Part shown: positions 12,801 through 23,400 of the stretch, in pieces | Numbering within the stretch: position 1 is the first letter of the stretch | How the letters are laid out: each line of letters starts with the position of its first letter | Source of the DNA: Macrostomum lignano | Taxonomy: Eukaryota | Direction of reading: 5' to 3' | Length of the DNA stretch: 64,000 nt | Assembly (NCBI GenBank): GCA_002269645.1 | Contig: NIVC01000343.1 | Location: forward strand, 109,218 to 173,217 | Notes under the pieces: generated by a model | The model's input: only the letters and a program-made list of their open reading frames with translations | What the model was told of the DNA's origin: nothing | Databases searched by the model: none | Translations under genes and position numbers: made by a program

Positions 12801-15016
12801 TTTGACCGCCGTGGTGCCCGGCGGTTGACACCGGAGAAGAGTCGCCGTCTACAGGCCGCGGTGGCGCAAGCAGCAGCAACAGCAGAAGCAGCCCCTGCCT
12901 GGACAGCGATTGATGAAGCTCTGGAGGGTTGAAATGGGATGCTGCGACTAAACATGGTGTAGTGAGAGCCCAGAATTTGAGCATACGGAATGCGATAGAT
13001 TTGGAGTGGAATAGAAGACATCAGACTGAATGGCACAAACAGACAGTGAGACATCAGATAGAATGGCATGAACAGACAGTGAGACATCAGATAGAATGGC
13101 ACAAACAGACTGTGAGACATCAGGTAGAATGGCACAAACAGACTGTGAGACATCAGGTAGAATGGCACAAGTAGACAGTGAGACATCAGGTAGAATGGCA
13201 CGAACAGACTGTGAGACATCAGATAGAATGGCACAAGTAGACAGTGAGACATCAGGTAGAATGGCACAAACAGACTGTGAGACATCAGATAGAATGGCAC
13301 AAACAGACTGTGAGACATCAGGTAGAATGGCACAAACAGACTGTGAGACATCAGATAGAATGGCACAAACAGACTGTGAGACATCAGGTAGAATGGCACG
13401 AACAGACTGTGAGACATCAGGTAGAATGGCACAAGCAGACTGTGAGACATCAGGTAAAATGGCACAAACAGACTGTGAGACATCAGATATGGGCCACACG
13501 CGAGGTCAACAATAACGCCAGTCTTATTGCAAAGAAATTTAATCCTTTTTTTACACATAAATTTTACGAACTCAGCTGATACCGGGGGGAGCACACACTT
13601 GACAAGCCATAAAGTTTGCATGGAGAAATGCGGCACAAAAGTGAAGTTTTCTTGCTGACGCAGGCTCCGGGGGGCCTCACTCTGATTAATGAGCAACAGG
13701 CTGCTAGAAAATCAACTGCGACTTGCTCCGAGACTTGCCCGGAGGTGGCTGCATCGACAATGAGCAAATGTTGATGAGGAGCCTTCAGCAAGCAGGGGGG
13801 GGCAGCAGGAAGCGCCAAAGCTGGTGCCACTTTATTAATCCCCTCCTCCAGAACATGGGGCCTGGCAGCCAGTCTCAAATCAATTCCCATTGGGATTCGG
13901 TGGGGCTCGAGCAGCTGCTGCACTTTTAGTTGTCGGCAAGAGCTGTTAGAGTCTTCCCCCACCAATCTGTGCGGTCAGTCGGTGCCAGCTAGCTGAATTC
14001 TATCGATCAGTTAATTGACAGGCGCTGTTCTCTGCCGAAGTTATAAATCTGGCTTCTGACAAGATTAGAGATTTTGACGGCTCTGTGACCTGATTCTGTT
14101 AATACTGACTAGTCATTCAGATTGTCAAAATGCCACTTTGCCACCCTCGATCTTTACCTTGTTCACCCTCTGCCAGTCACTTGATGGTCACACCTTGTCG
14201 GTCACTTGATGAATAACCTTCGTCATTCACTTGATGTTATTAGTACGCTCCGTCAGTCACTTGATAGATAACCTCCGTCAGTCAGTCACTCAATGGCTCA
14301 ACCTCCGTCAGTCACTCAATGGCTCAACCTCCGTCAGTCACTCAATGATTCAACCTCCGTCAGTCACTCATTGATTCAATCTCCGTCAGTCACTCATTGA
14401 TTCAATCTCCGTCAGTCACTCATTGATTCAATCTCCGTCAGTCACTCATTGATTCAATCTCCGTCAGTCACTCATTGATTCAATCTCCGTCAGTCACTCA
14501 TTGATTCAATCTCCGTCAGTCACTCATTGATTCAATCTCCGTCAGTCACTCAATGGCTCAACCTCCGTCAGTCACTCAATGATTCAACCTCCGTCAGTCA
14601 CTCATTGATTCAATCTCCGTCAGTCACTCATTGATTCAATCTCCGTCAGTCACTCATTGATTCAATCTCCGTCAGTCACTCATTGATTCAATCTCCGTCA
14701 GTCACTCATTGATTCAATCTCCGTCAGTCACTCATTGATTCAATCTCCGTCAGTCACTCATTGATTCAATCTCCGTCAGTCACTCAATGGCTCAACCTCC
14801 GTCAGTCACTCAATGATTCAACCTCCGTCAGTCACTCATTGATTCAATCTCCGTCAGTCACTCATTGATTCAATCTCCGTCAGTCACTCATTGATTCAAT
14901 CTCCGTCAGTCAAAAGTGCTCAATCTCCGTCAGTCAAAAGTGCTCAATCTCCGTCAGTCTTTCAACCTCTTCCTCTTACCTGTGGAATTTCTCCACCTGA
15001 GCAGCAGCCGCCGCAT
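6848..15016 (-). CDS. Nicotinic acetylcholine receptor alpha-type subunit, predicted anion-selective (ACC-type), about 580 aa, 8 coding exons
   Basis: Exons 15016-14980, 12920-12553, 11343-11234, 10262-10089, 9638-9358, 8944-8858, 7830-7712, 7414-6848. All are GT-AG, phase-consistent, total 1743 nt. Features: signal-peptide-like [18 protein letters not shown], Cys-loop [15 protein letters not shown], loop C YPCC, TM1-TM3, and VLDRLFF TM4. Exon 1 is the least certain. Confidence 0.92.
7477..7640 (-). mobile_element. Degenerate, 3'-truncated SINE family B copy in the last nAChR intron
   Basis: The reverse complement aligns with 29271-29425 (attccaagtgcag..taatttgggg..aattaacggcc..cagtgaagtgtacatgcct). 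Confidence 0.75.
8188..8795. repeat. 22-bp minisatellite (gggaatctgacatcctctcgta), nAChR intron 6
   Basis: Direct inspection. Confidence 0.95.
9720..10030. repeat. 45-bp minisatellite, nAChR intron 4
   Basis: 15-aa periodicity in translation; unit gggtttcttggaatg..gttgctaagggcgctagta. Confidence 0.9.
10380..11085. repeat. 20-bp minisatellite (tggttggcgcccctgyctct), nAChR intron 3
   Basis: Direct inspection. Confidence 0.95.
11625..12535. repeat. About 30-bp minisatellite (gatataacagatatagcacaccagaatcagg), nAChR intron 2
   Basis: Direct inspection. Confidence 0.92.
13015..13490. repeat. 33-bp minisatellite, nAChR intron 1
   Basis: Unit agaatggcacaaacagactgtgagacatcagrt; 11-aa periodicity. 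Confidence 0.95.
14270..14960. repeat. 26-bp minisatellite (ctccgtcagtcactcattgattcaat), nAChR intron 1
   Basis: Direct inspection. Confidence 0.95.
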
Positions 15017-16879
15017 GGTTGCTGGGGCGCAGCAAGTGAATTAGCAGCAGCAGCAGCAGTAGCAGCCAGGTGGCAGGTGTGCTTGTGAGGGCAAGATCTG
15101 CAGAGTTTCAATCTCAGTGCGGCCAGCAGCCACCGCGGGGCGCCGCCCTCGCTCAGCCGCAGATCAGCGCGAATTCCAGCTCCAGTCCAGACCGGGCAAT
15201 TGCCGATACATACAGAGGGCGCACAACCGGCTAGGCCGTTGCTGTACCCGGCTTGCTGGCTCATAAAAGATCCCCAATCGCAAAGCGGACCTTCCCCAGC
15301 TCTCAGCCTTCCCTATCCCACCGCCCGCCTCCAACCTCAACCAATCCGATTTTTTTTCAACAAAAAAAGTTTAGCAGGCCGGGCGAGAAGGATGAAGGGA
15401 GAGACAGGGGGGGCTGGTGCGAGACACGTGTGGAATTGGAGAAAGAGAAAAATGGAGAAAACCGGCCCGGAGAAGAGAAGGGAACAGAGGCTGCTGCTCT
15501 CTTTCCACTTCCCGTACTCGCTCCGGACTTCTCCCCTCTCATCCTTCCCTTAACTGCTCCAAGCCCCTGCTCCGTCCACCTCACTCAATCTCTCTCTCTC
15601 TCTGCTTAAGCCTCGGTTAAGACTAAGAAGGAAGATCTGGGGGGGGGGGGAGCGGGGAGATGGGAGAGCAACCAGTCGACGATGGAGATGTACTTACTGT
15701 TCCCAGATTCCTCCTCATCCTGCATCCCGACTCTTGCCGGCCTCAAGCCCTCCGTTTTGTCGAACTCTCCCACCCCCTCATTTGTAGCCACACACGCGCA
15801 CACAGCTGCGGTGCAAGGCAGGCAGAAAAGTGGATAGGGATGGCCCAGCAAATGCTGGTTGCCTGAGGATAGAATTGTTGGGAGGGTTGGGGTCAGAGTA
15901 AGGGCCTGGACTGAGCGCTGCTGATGAGGTGCTTACACGAGGCAAACGGTTGAGAGAATCTAGGAGGCACGGATTGCATAGAGCGAGAAGTGAAAGTTCC
16001 TCTTCTTTCTCTTCATCCGCAGCGCACTCGTGGCCTGGACAGTTAGCAAGACGTGTGTAGTATCACAATTTTTCTATGGAGAAGCTTGCGAATAGCGACC
16101 GCGGACTCTCGACCATTGAACAGTTTTTACGCGGGGCTGTGATAACCTATATTTTATCCCCAGTCGCAAAGACACCACTGGGGGTGTGGGGGCGAAGTCC
16201 GCACATTTGTACCATAGACTAAATGCCTAGATTAAAATGCCTAGATTAAAATGCCTAGATTAAAAGTTTCAGAAATTTCCGGACGCCCCTCGTAGCTATG
16301 CACTGATCGAGTTAACTTTTCACACCAGCCAAGAGCCTGAGAGATGATGGATTATGACTGAACTTGGATTTGAGCGGATCGATTCTTTTTAATCCACATC
16401 CACTAATTCTGATTCTTTTTAAGGCCTATAGACCATAGACAAAAATTGTTTTAGCAATTTCATTTGTGCGATTAAAACAACGATTTATTTGATATTAATT
16501 TATTAAAAAACAATAGAAAAGAACTTGAAAATGTACGAAAATGCACAGCGTAAATTAATTTGATATATTTAACTTCTGCAATGATAAATTGATTAGAAAT
16601 AAAATTAACCGCCAAATATACTGAAATACATTGCACCAGTACGCGTACTACAGCAGACAGCATTAAACTTTTATTACCTGTGACAGCAGGTAACTGTGGG
16701 CTACTTTAATACGGCTTATTATTTATCAGCTGAAAAAGTGGGAGTACAAGACCAACACTATTACAGTTCATATGCATGTACAGTAGTGATGCAGTACTGA
16801 AGCTGTACACACAGCAGTCAAATTACATTATAGGGACTCAGCTCAAGCTTTAATCCCTGTTTAAAAACTGCAATTCAAA

Positions 16880-17392
16880 TATGCTCAAACAATAATCCCA
16901 ATATGCTCAAACTGTAATCCCTATGCTCAAACTGTAATCCCTATGCTCCAACAAGAATCCCTATGCTCCAACAAGAATCCCTATGCTCCAACAAGAATCC
17001 CTATGCTCCAACAAGAATCCCTATGCTCCAACAAGAATCCCTATGCTCCAACAAGAATCCCTATGCTCCAACAAGAATCCCTATGCTCCAACAAGAATCC
17101 CTATGCTCCAACAAGAATCCCTATGCTCCAACAAGAATCCCTATGCTCCAACAAGAATCCCTGTGCTCCAACAAGAATCCCTATGCTCCAACAAGAATCC
17201 CTATGCTCCAACAAGAATCCCTGTGCTCCAACAAGAATCCCTGTGCTCCAACAAGAATCTCTATGCTCCAACAAGAATCCCTATGCTCCAACAAGAATCC
17301 CTATGCTCCAACAAGAATCCCTATGCTCCAACAAGAATCCCTATGCTCCAACAAGAATCCCTATGCTCCAACAAGAATCTCTATGCTCAAAC
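16880..17392. repeat. 20-bp minisatellite (ctatgctccaacaagaatcc) immediately after the CABIN1 stop
   Basis: Direct inspection. Confidence 0.95.
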
Positions 17393-17409
17393 AGTTTTAA
17401 AACAAAAGA

Positions 17410-20400
17410 TCAAAGGCTACCGCCGCCGCTCTCGCAGAACTCCAGCGCCTGGTCCAGAAGCGGCCTGTCCGGACGGACCGCGGCAGCGCCGCACCTGGCG
17501 AAGGCGGCCGCCAGCAGTCGATCGTAGACAACGCCGCCGCCGCCAGCAGCAGCGGCCGAGGCCAGCTTCCGACACTTCATCAGCTGAAGCAGCTGGGCCC
17601 GGCTGACAGTCGGAGGCGAGCGCTCGTCTGCCAGCAGGTCGGCCATGGCCGCCAAGCTGCGGTCGGTCAGCCAGCGCAGGTCGTCGTCAACAAGGCAGCC
17701 GCGGTTCTCGGTGCTGCGCAGGCAGGTATGCAGCGGCAGCAGGCGGTCCCAATCGGCCGCCTCGATGGCCAGCTCGAGGGCGCGGCGCATGTGGGCGGCG
17801 AAGCAGCCGGACCTATCGATGTCGTCGCTTGGCAGACGCCAGACGCCGTTGAACAGATTGGCCGGGCGGCGGTCCTGGGGGAAGGGGGGTTGGGGAATTA
17901 AACTGAGGAATAATACTTTAATTCCGAGTCCTTCTAAGAACCCAATCTCAAATTTTCAGTCGTAATTCGAGCTCAAAATCCCAGTTTAAATCGCAAATCT
18001 AATCTCAACTCATAATCGTAACTCAAAATTCGAAACCGACCGAACTCGAACTCAAAATCCCCATTTTGAAATCAAAATCCCCGACTCGAACTCAAAATCC
18101 CCAAACTCGAACTCAAAATCCCCAAACTCGAACTCAAAATCCCCAACTCGAACTCGAACTAAAAATCCAACTCGAACTCAAAATCCCCAACTCGAACTCA
18201 AAATCCCCAACTCGAACTCAAAATCCCCAACTCGAACTCAAAATACCCAACTCGAACTCAAAATCCCCAACTCGAACTCAAAATCCCCAACTTGAACTCA
18301 AAATCCCCAACTCGAACTGAAAATCCCCAAACTCGCACACCTGGAACAGTCCCGGACAGGGCATATGAGCCAGCCGCTGCCAGCCTACTCCTGGGTCGCC
18401 GGGCCCCAGCAGGAGGTCGCGGGCCTCCCGCCGCTTCCCAACTCGAAGCCGAAGCCGGGCCAGCAGGCAGGCAGCTTTGTAGTGATGCGGCAGTCTCGCC
18501 AGCAGGTCGGCCAACTGTTCGGCTGCCATAGCAACGCAGCGAGCCAATCTCCTGGCCAGAAGTTCGTCCGGACGAGGCGCGGATTCGCCGCAGATTCCAG
18601 CGGCGCCGGACACGAGCGAGTGCACAGCGGACACCACGTCTAGCTGGTCGTTGAGCAGTTGGCGAACCTCGGCTCGACTGTCGACCTCCGCTAGCTGCGA
18701 TTTGGCCGAGACGCCGCCATGGTGGGCACTGGAGTCCTCGGCCGCGCTGCAGCCGCTGTCTTCGATCCTGGCCCGCTTGCTGGCTCTGCGGGAATCATAA
18801 ATATAATGAAATATATATATAGGGGGTTTTAGCCTAGTGGTCAGAGCGTCGGACTCACGACTGATAGGTCGGGGGTTCGATTCCTGATCCTACTCGGAAC
18901 AATCTGTGTCTTTATAAGCAAGAAACTTAACTCTGCATTGCTCCAGTTCACCCAGCTGTAAAATGGGTGCCAGCATTAGCTGGGGTAATTGAGGCTGTGT
19001 GTGGCGACCCCCCAGTCCTTGGTCTGAACAGCCGTACGCAGCCTTCAGATGCGCCGCGCAATAGCTGCGGCTGAGCTGTCGGTTGCAAATATATACGAGT
19101 ATAAATACTACGTACGCAGGGTGTACAGGCTCCCATCGTCGGGGCTGTACACTCTCTCTGCCTTGGGGAGGTTGGCCGGAGCTACTCTGCCACCACCCTC
19201 GTGATCTTCAACACAGTCAACTCGCCTGGTTCTGCCGCTGCCGCCGCCGCCGCCGGCATGTCGACGCTTCGATCCTTCGCCGCCGCCGCCGCCAAGAGCG
19301 TCCCGACGTTGAAAGGCAGACTTGGACAGTTCAATCAATCGCGCTTCAATCCAGCTAAGATTGACAGACGCTGTAGTCGGTGAACTGACAGCAGATTTCG
19401 GCCTAGGCAGAAACATGAGCAGCTGCTTGCAGACAATGGCCAGCTGTCTGTACTGCATCTCCAGGGCTTCCACAGCCAGCCGGGGAGTGCTACCGTAGGA
19501 GGTGCTGATTCGTTTGGGATAGCGGGCGCCGCTCTGTCGCAGCTCGTTAGCCGCGGCGGCGTAGTAACCAAGGCAGATATCGGGATGATCGGCCGACTTC
19601 TCGCAGCACTTGCCCAGCATGTAGTTGTACAGCCAGTTCTCGCATTCTTCCCCGGCATCGCGCAGCTCTGGATGGTTGGCCGCAGAGGCCGCCTGAGAAA
19701 TTTGAGATTTTAAATTTTGATCTTGAACTACTAACAGTAGTTTTGACAAATGGAACTGTGATTTGAATAATCATATTACTCAATATACACCAAATAATAT
19801 TTTTACTACCAGTCAGATATACTAAAAATGAAAACTATATTCTAATGCAGGGCCTTTTTTACCTCAAGGAGAGGAGAGGTGAGGAGAGGAGAGGAAAGAA
19901 GAGAGGAGAGGAGAGAGAGGAGAGAGGGAGAGGAGAGGAGAAGAGAGAAGAGGAGACGGGAGAGAGGAGAGGAGAGAGGAGAGGAGAAAGGAGAGGGGAG
20001 AGGAGAGGAGAGAGGAGAGGGGAGAGGAGAGGAGAGGGGAGAGGAGAGAGGAGAGGAGAGGAGAGGGGAGAGGAGAGGAGAGAGGAGAGGAGAGAGGAGA
20101 GGGGAGAGGAGAGGAGAGGGGAGAAGAGAGATGCGAAAGACTAACCATGATCGGGCCGGACTTTGCAGACCCTGTTCCAATGGCAATTCAAATGAAAATT
20201 GAAAAACCTGCAATCGGCTCTATTGGTTTACTCTGCAATCGGCTTCACAACCGATTCCCATCTCAAGCGCGTCACCTGCAACCTACCTGTAGAAAAGACT
20301 CCCTAGCCAGCCGCAGCATAGGCAGACGCCACTCAGCGGCCAGCTCCAACTGCTTGCCCCGCCGGCCCAGCTGGCTGGCGTGCGAGTGCAGCTCGTAGGC

Positions 20401-23400
20401 GAATAGTCCGCGCTCAGTCAGCAGCTTCGGGCACAGCGGATTAATGCGCAGAGCCTGATCGAACGAGCGCAGACAGGCTAGGGAATATTTGCGGCTAACA
20501 GTGCTGCTGTTGCTGCCGTCCTGTAGGTTCAGCTTCTGTTGGAGTCGGCTGCACCGGGCCAGGGCCATGCCTGCGGTGGGAGGTGTGCTTTGATTTTTTA
20601 TACGGGCAGTGTATTATCCCGATTGTTTATTTTCAGGATTAACTGGCTGGCTGTTCGAATGATGTTCAAGTTTATTAGCCTTTCTCGTGTTGGCTTATGA
20701 GCGATTCTTGGGTTTGGTTTATGAGCGATTCTTGGGTTTGGTTTATGAGCGATTCCTGGGTTTGGTTTATGAGCGATTCTTGGGTTTGGTTTATGAGCGA
20801 TTCTTAGATTGGCTTACATGTATGAGCGATTCTGGGTTTGGTTTATGAGCGATTCCTGGGTTTGGTTTATGAGCGATTCTTGGGTTTGGTTTATGAGCGA
20901 TTCTTAGATTGACTTACATGTATGAGCGATTCTTGGGTTTGGTTTATGAGCGATTCTGGGTTTGGTTTATGAGCGATTCTGGGTTTGGTTTATGAGCGAT
21001 TCTTAGATTGACTTATGAGCGATTCTTGGGTTTGGTTTATGAGCGATTCTTAGATTGACTTACATGTATGAGCGATTCTTGGGTTTGGTTTATGAGCGAT
21101 TCTGGGTTTGGTTTATGAGCGATTCTGGGTTTGGTTTATGAGCGATTCTTAGATTGACTTATGAGCGATTCTTGGGTTTGGTTTATGAGCGATTCTTAGA
21201 TTGACTTACATGTATGAGCGATTCTTGGGTTTGGTTTATGAGCGATTCTGGGTTTGGTTTATGAGCGATTCTTAGATTGACTTATGAGCGATTCTTGGGT
21301 TTGGTTTATGAGCGATTCTTAGATTGACTTACATGTATGAGCGATTCTTGGGTTTGGTTTATGAGCGATTCTGGGTTTGGTTTATGAGCGATTCTTAGAT
21401 TGACTTATGAGCGATTCTTGGGTTTGGTTTATGAGCGATTCTTAGATTGACTTATGAGCGATTCTTGGGTTTGGTTTATGAGCGATTCTTAGATGTATGA
21501 GCGATTCTTAGATTGACTTATGAGCGATTCCTGGGTTGGTTTATGAGCGATTCTTAGATTGACTTATGAGCGATTCTTGGGTTTGGTTTATGAGCGATTC
21601 TTAGATTGACTTACATGTATGAGCGATTCTTGGGTTTGGTTTATGAGCGATTCTTAGATGTATGAGCGATTCTTAGATTGACTTATGAGCGATTCCTGGG
21701 TTGGTTTATGAGCGATTCTTAGATTGACTTATGAGCGATTCTTGGGTTTGGTTTATGAGCGATTCTTAGATTGACTTACATGTATGAGCGATTCTTGGGT
21801 TTGGTTTATGAGCGATTCTTGGGTTTGGTTTATGAGCGATTCTTAGATGTATGAGCGATTCTTAGATTGACTTATGAGCGATTCTTGGGTTTGGTTTATG
21901 AGCGATTCTTAGATTGACTTACATGTATGAGCGATTCTTGGGTTTGGTTTATGAGCGATTCTTAGATGTATGAGCGATTCTTAGATTGACTTATGAGCGA
22001 TTCCTGGGTTGGTTTATGAGCGATTCTTAGATTGACTTACATGTATGAGCGATTCTTGGGTTTGGTTTATGAGCGATTCTTAGATGTATGAGCGATTCTT
22101 AGATTGACTTATGAGCGATTCCTGGGTTGGTTTATGAGCGATTCTTAGATTGACTTATGAGCGATTCTTAGATTGACTTACATGTATGAGCGATTCTTGG
22201 GTTTGGTTTATGAGCGATTCTTGGGTTTGGTTTATGAGCGATTCTTAGATGTATGAGCGATTCCTAGATTGACTTATGAGCGATTCCTGGGTTGGTTTAT
22301 GAGCGATTCTTAGATTGACTTACATGTATGAGCGATTCTTAGATTGACTTATGAGCGATTCTTGGGTTGGTTTATGAGCGATTCTTAGATTGACTTATGA
22401 GCGATTCTTGGGTTTGGTTTATGAGCGATTCTTAGATTGACTTACATGTATGAGCGATTCTTAGATTGACTTATGAGCGATTCCTGGGTTGGTTTATGAG
22501 CGATTCTTAGATTGACTTACATTTATGAGCGATTCTTAGATTGACTTATGAGCGATTCCTGGGTTGGTTTATGAGCGATTCCTGGGTTGGTTTATGAGCG
22601 ATTCCTGGGTTGGTTTATGAGCGATTCCCAGGTTGGTTTATGAGCGATTCCTGGGTTGGTTTATGAGCGATTCTTGGGTTGGTTTATGAGCGATTCTTAG
22701 ATTGACTTATGAGCGATTCTTGGGTTTGGTTTATGAGCGATTCTTAGATTGACTTACATGTATGAGCGATTCTTAGATTGACTTATGAGCGATTCCTGGG
22801 TTGGTTTATGAGCGATTCTTAGATTGACTTACATTTATGAGCGATTCTTAGATTGACTTATGAGCGATTCCTGGGTTGGTTTATGAGCGATTCCTGGGTT
22901 GGTTTATGAGCGATTCCTGGGTTGGTTTATGAGCGATTCCCAGGTTGGTTTATGAGCGATTCCCAGGTTGGTTTATGAGCAATCGCCGCCAACTCACCAG
23001 CCCAAGAGTCGAAGCGGTCGGGACTCAACGCCAGATCTCTCAAATAGTGCTTGATAGCCGGCAGGAAGCGGTTGGATTTCAGGCAGCAGTCGGCCAGCAG
23101 GTAGTGAATATCGGCAGTCAACCGTTCATCCGGCGTCAACGGCCGATTAGACTCAGGCAAAGTGTCCACTCCGCCGAATAGGAAGTCGTTAACAGCGTTG
23201 GCGTCAACACGCAGCCGGTCGGGCAGGCCAGCGGCGGCCAAGTCGAAGCAGCGCTCCAGATCGGCCGGCAGCGAGGCCAGCCTGGTGGAATCGAACTCGG
23301 GGAATTTGTCCGGCAGATAGTAGCGCATCAGGTGTCGCCCGGTCTCCCAGTCGATGCTAACCGGCGGTCCGCCGCATCGATGATCCCGGATCCGGCCGCG

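Noticed and set aside
12929-12984. ATG 12984 as the nAChR start codon
   Set aside because: A phase-compatible upstream exon gives a more typical N-terminus; 12984 is kept only as an alternative.
20692-22982. CRISPR-like repeat-spacer appearance
   Set aside because: The spacers are reused rather than unique, there are no cas genes, and it lies in a eukaryotic intron.
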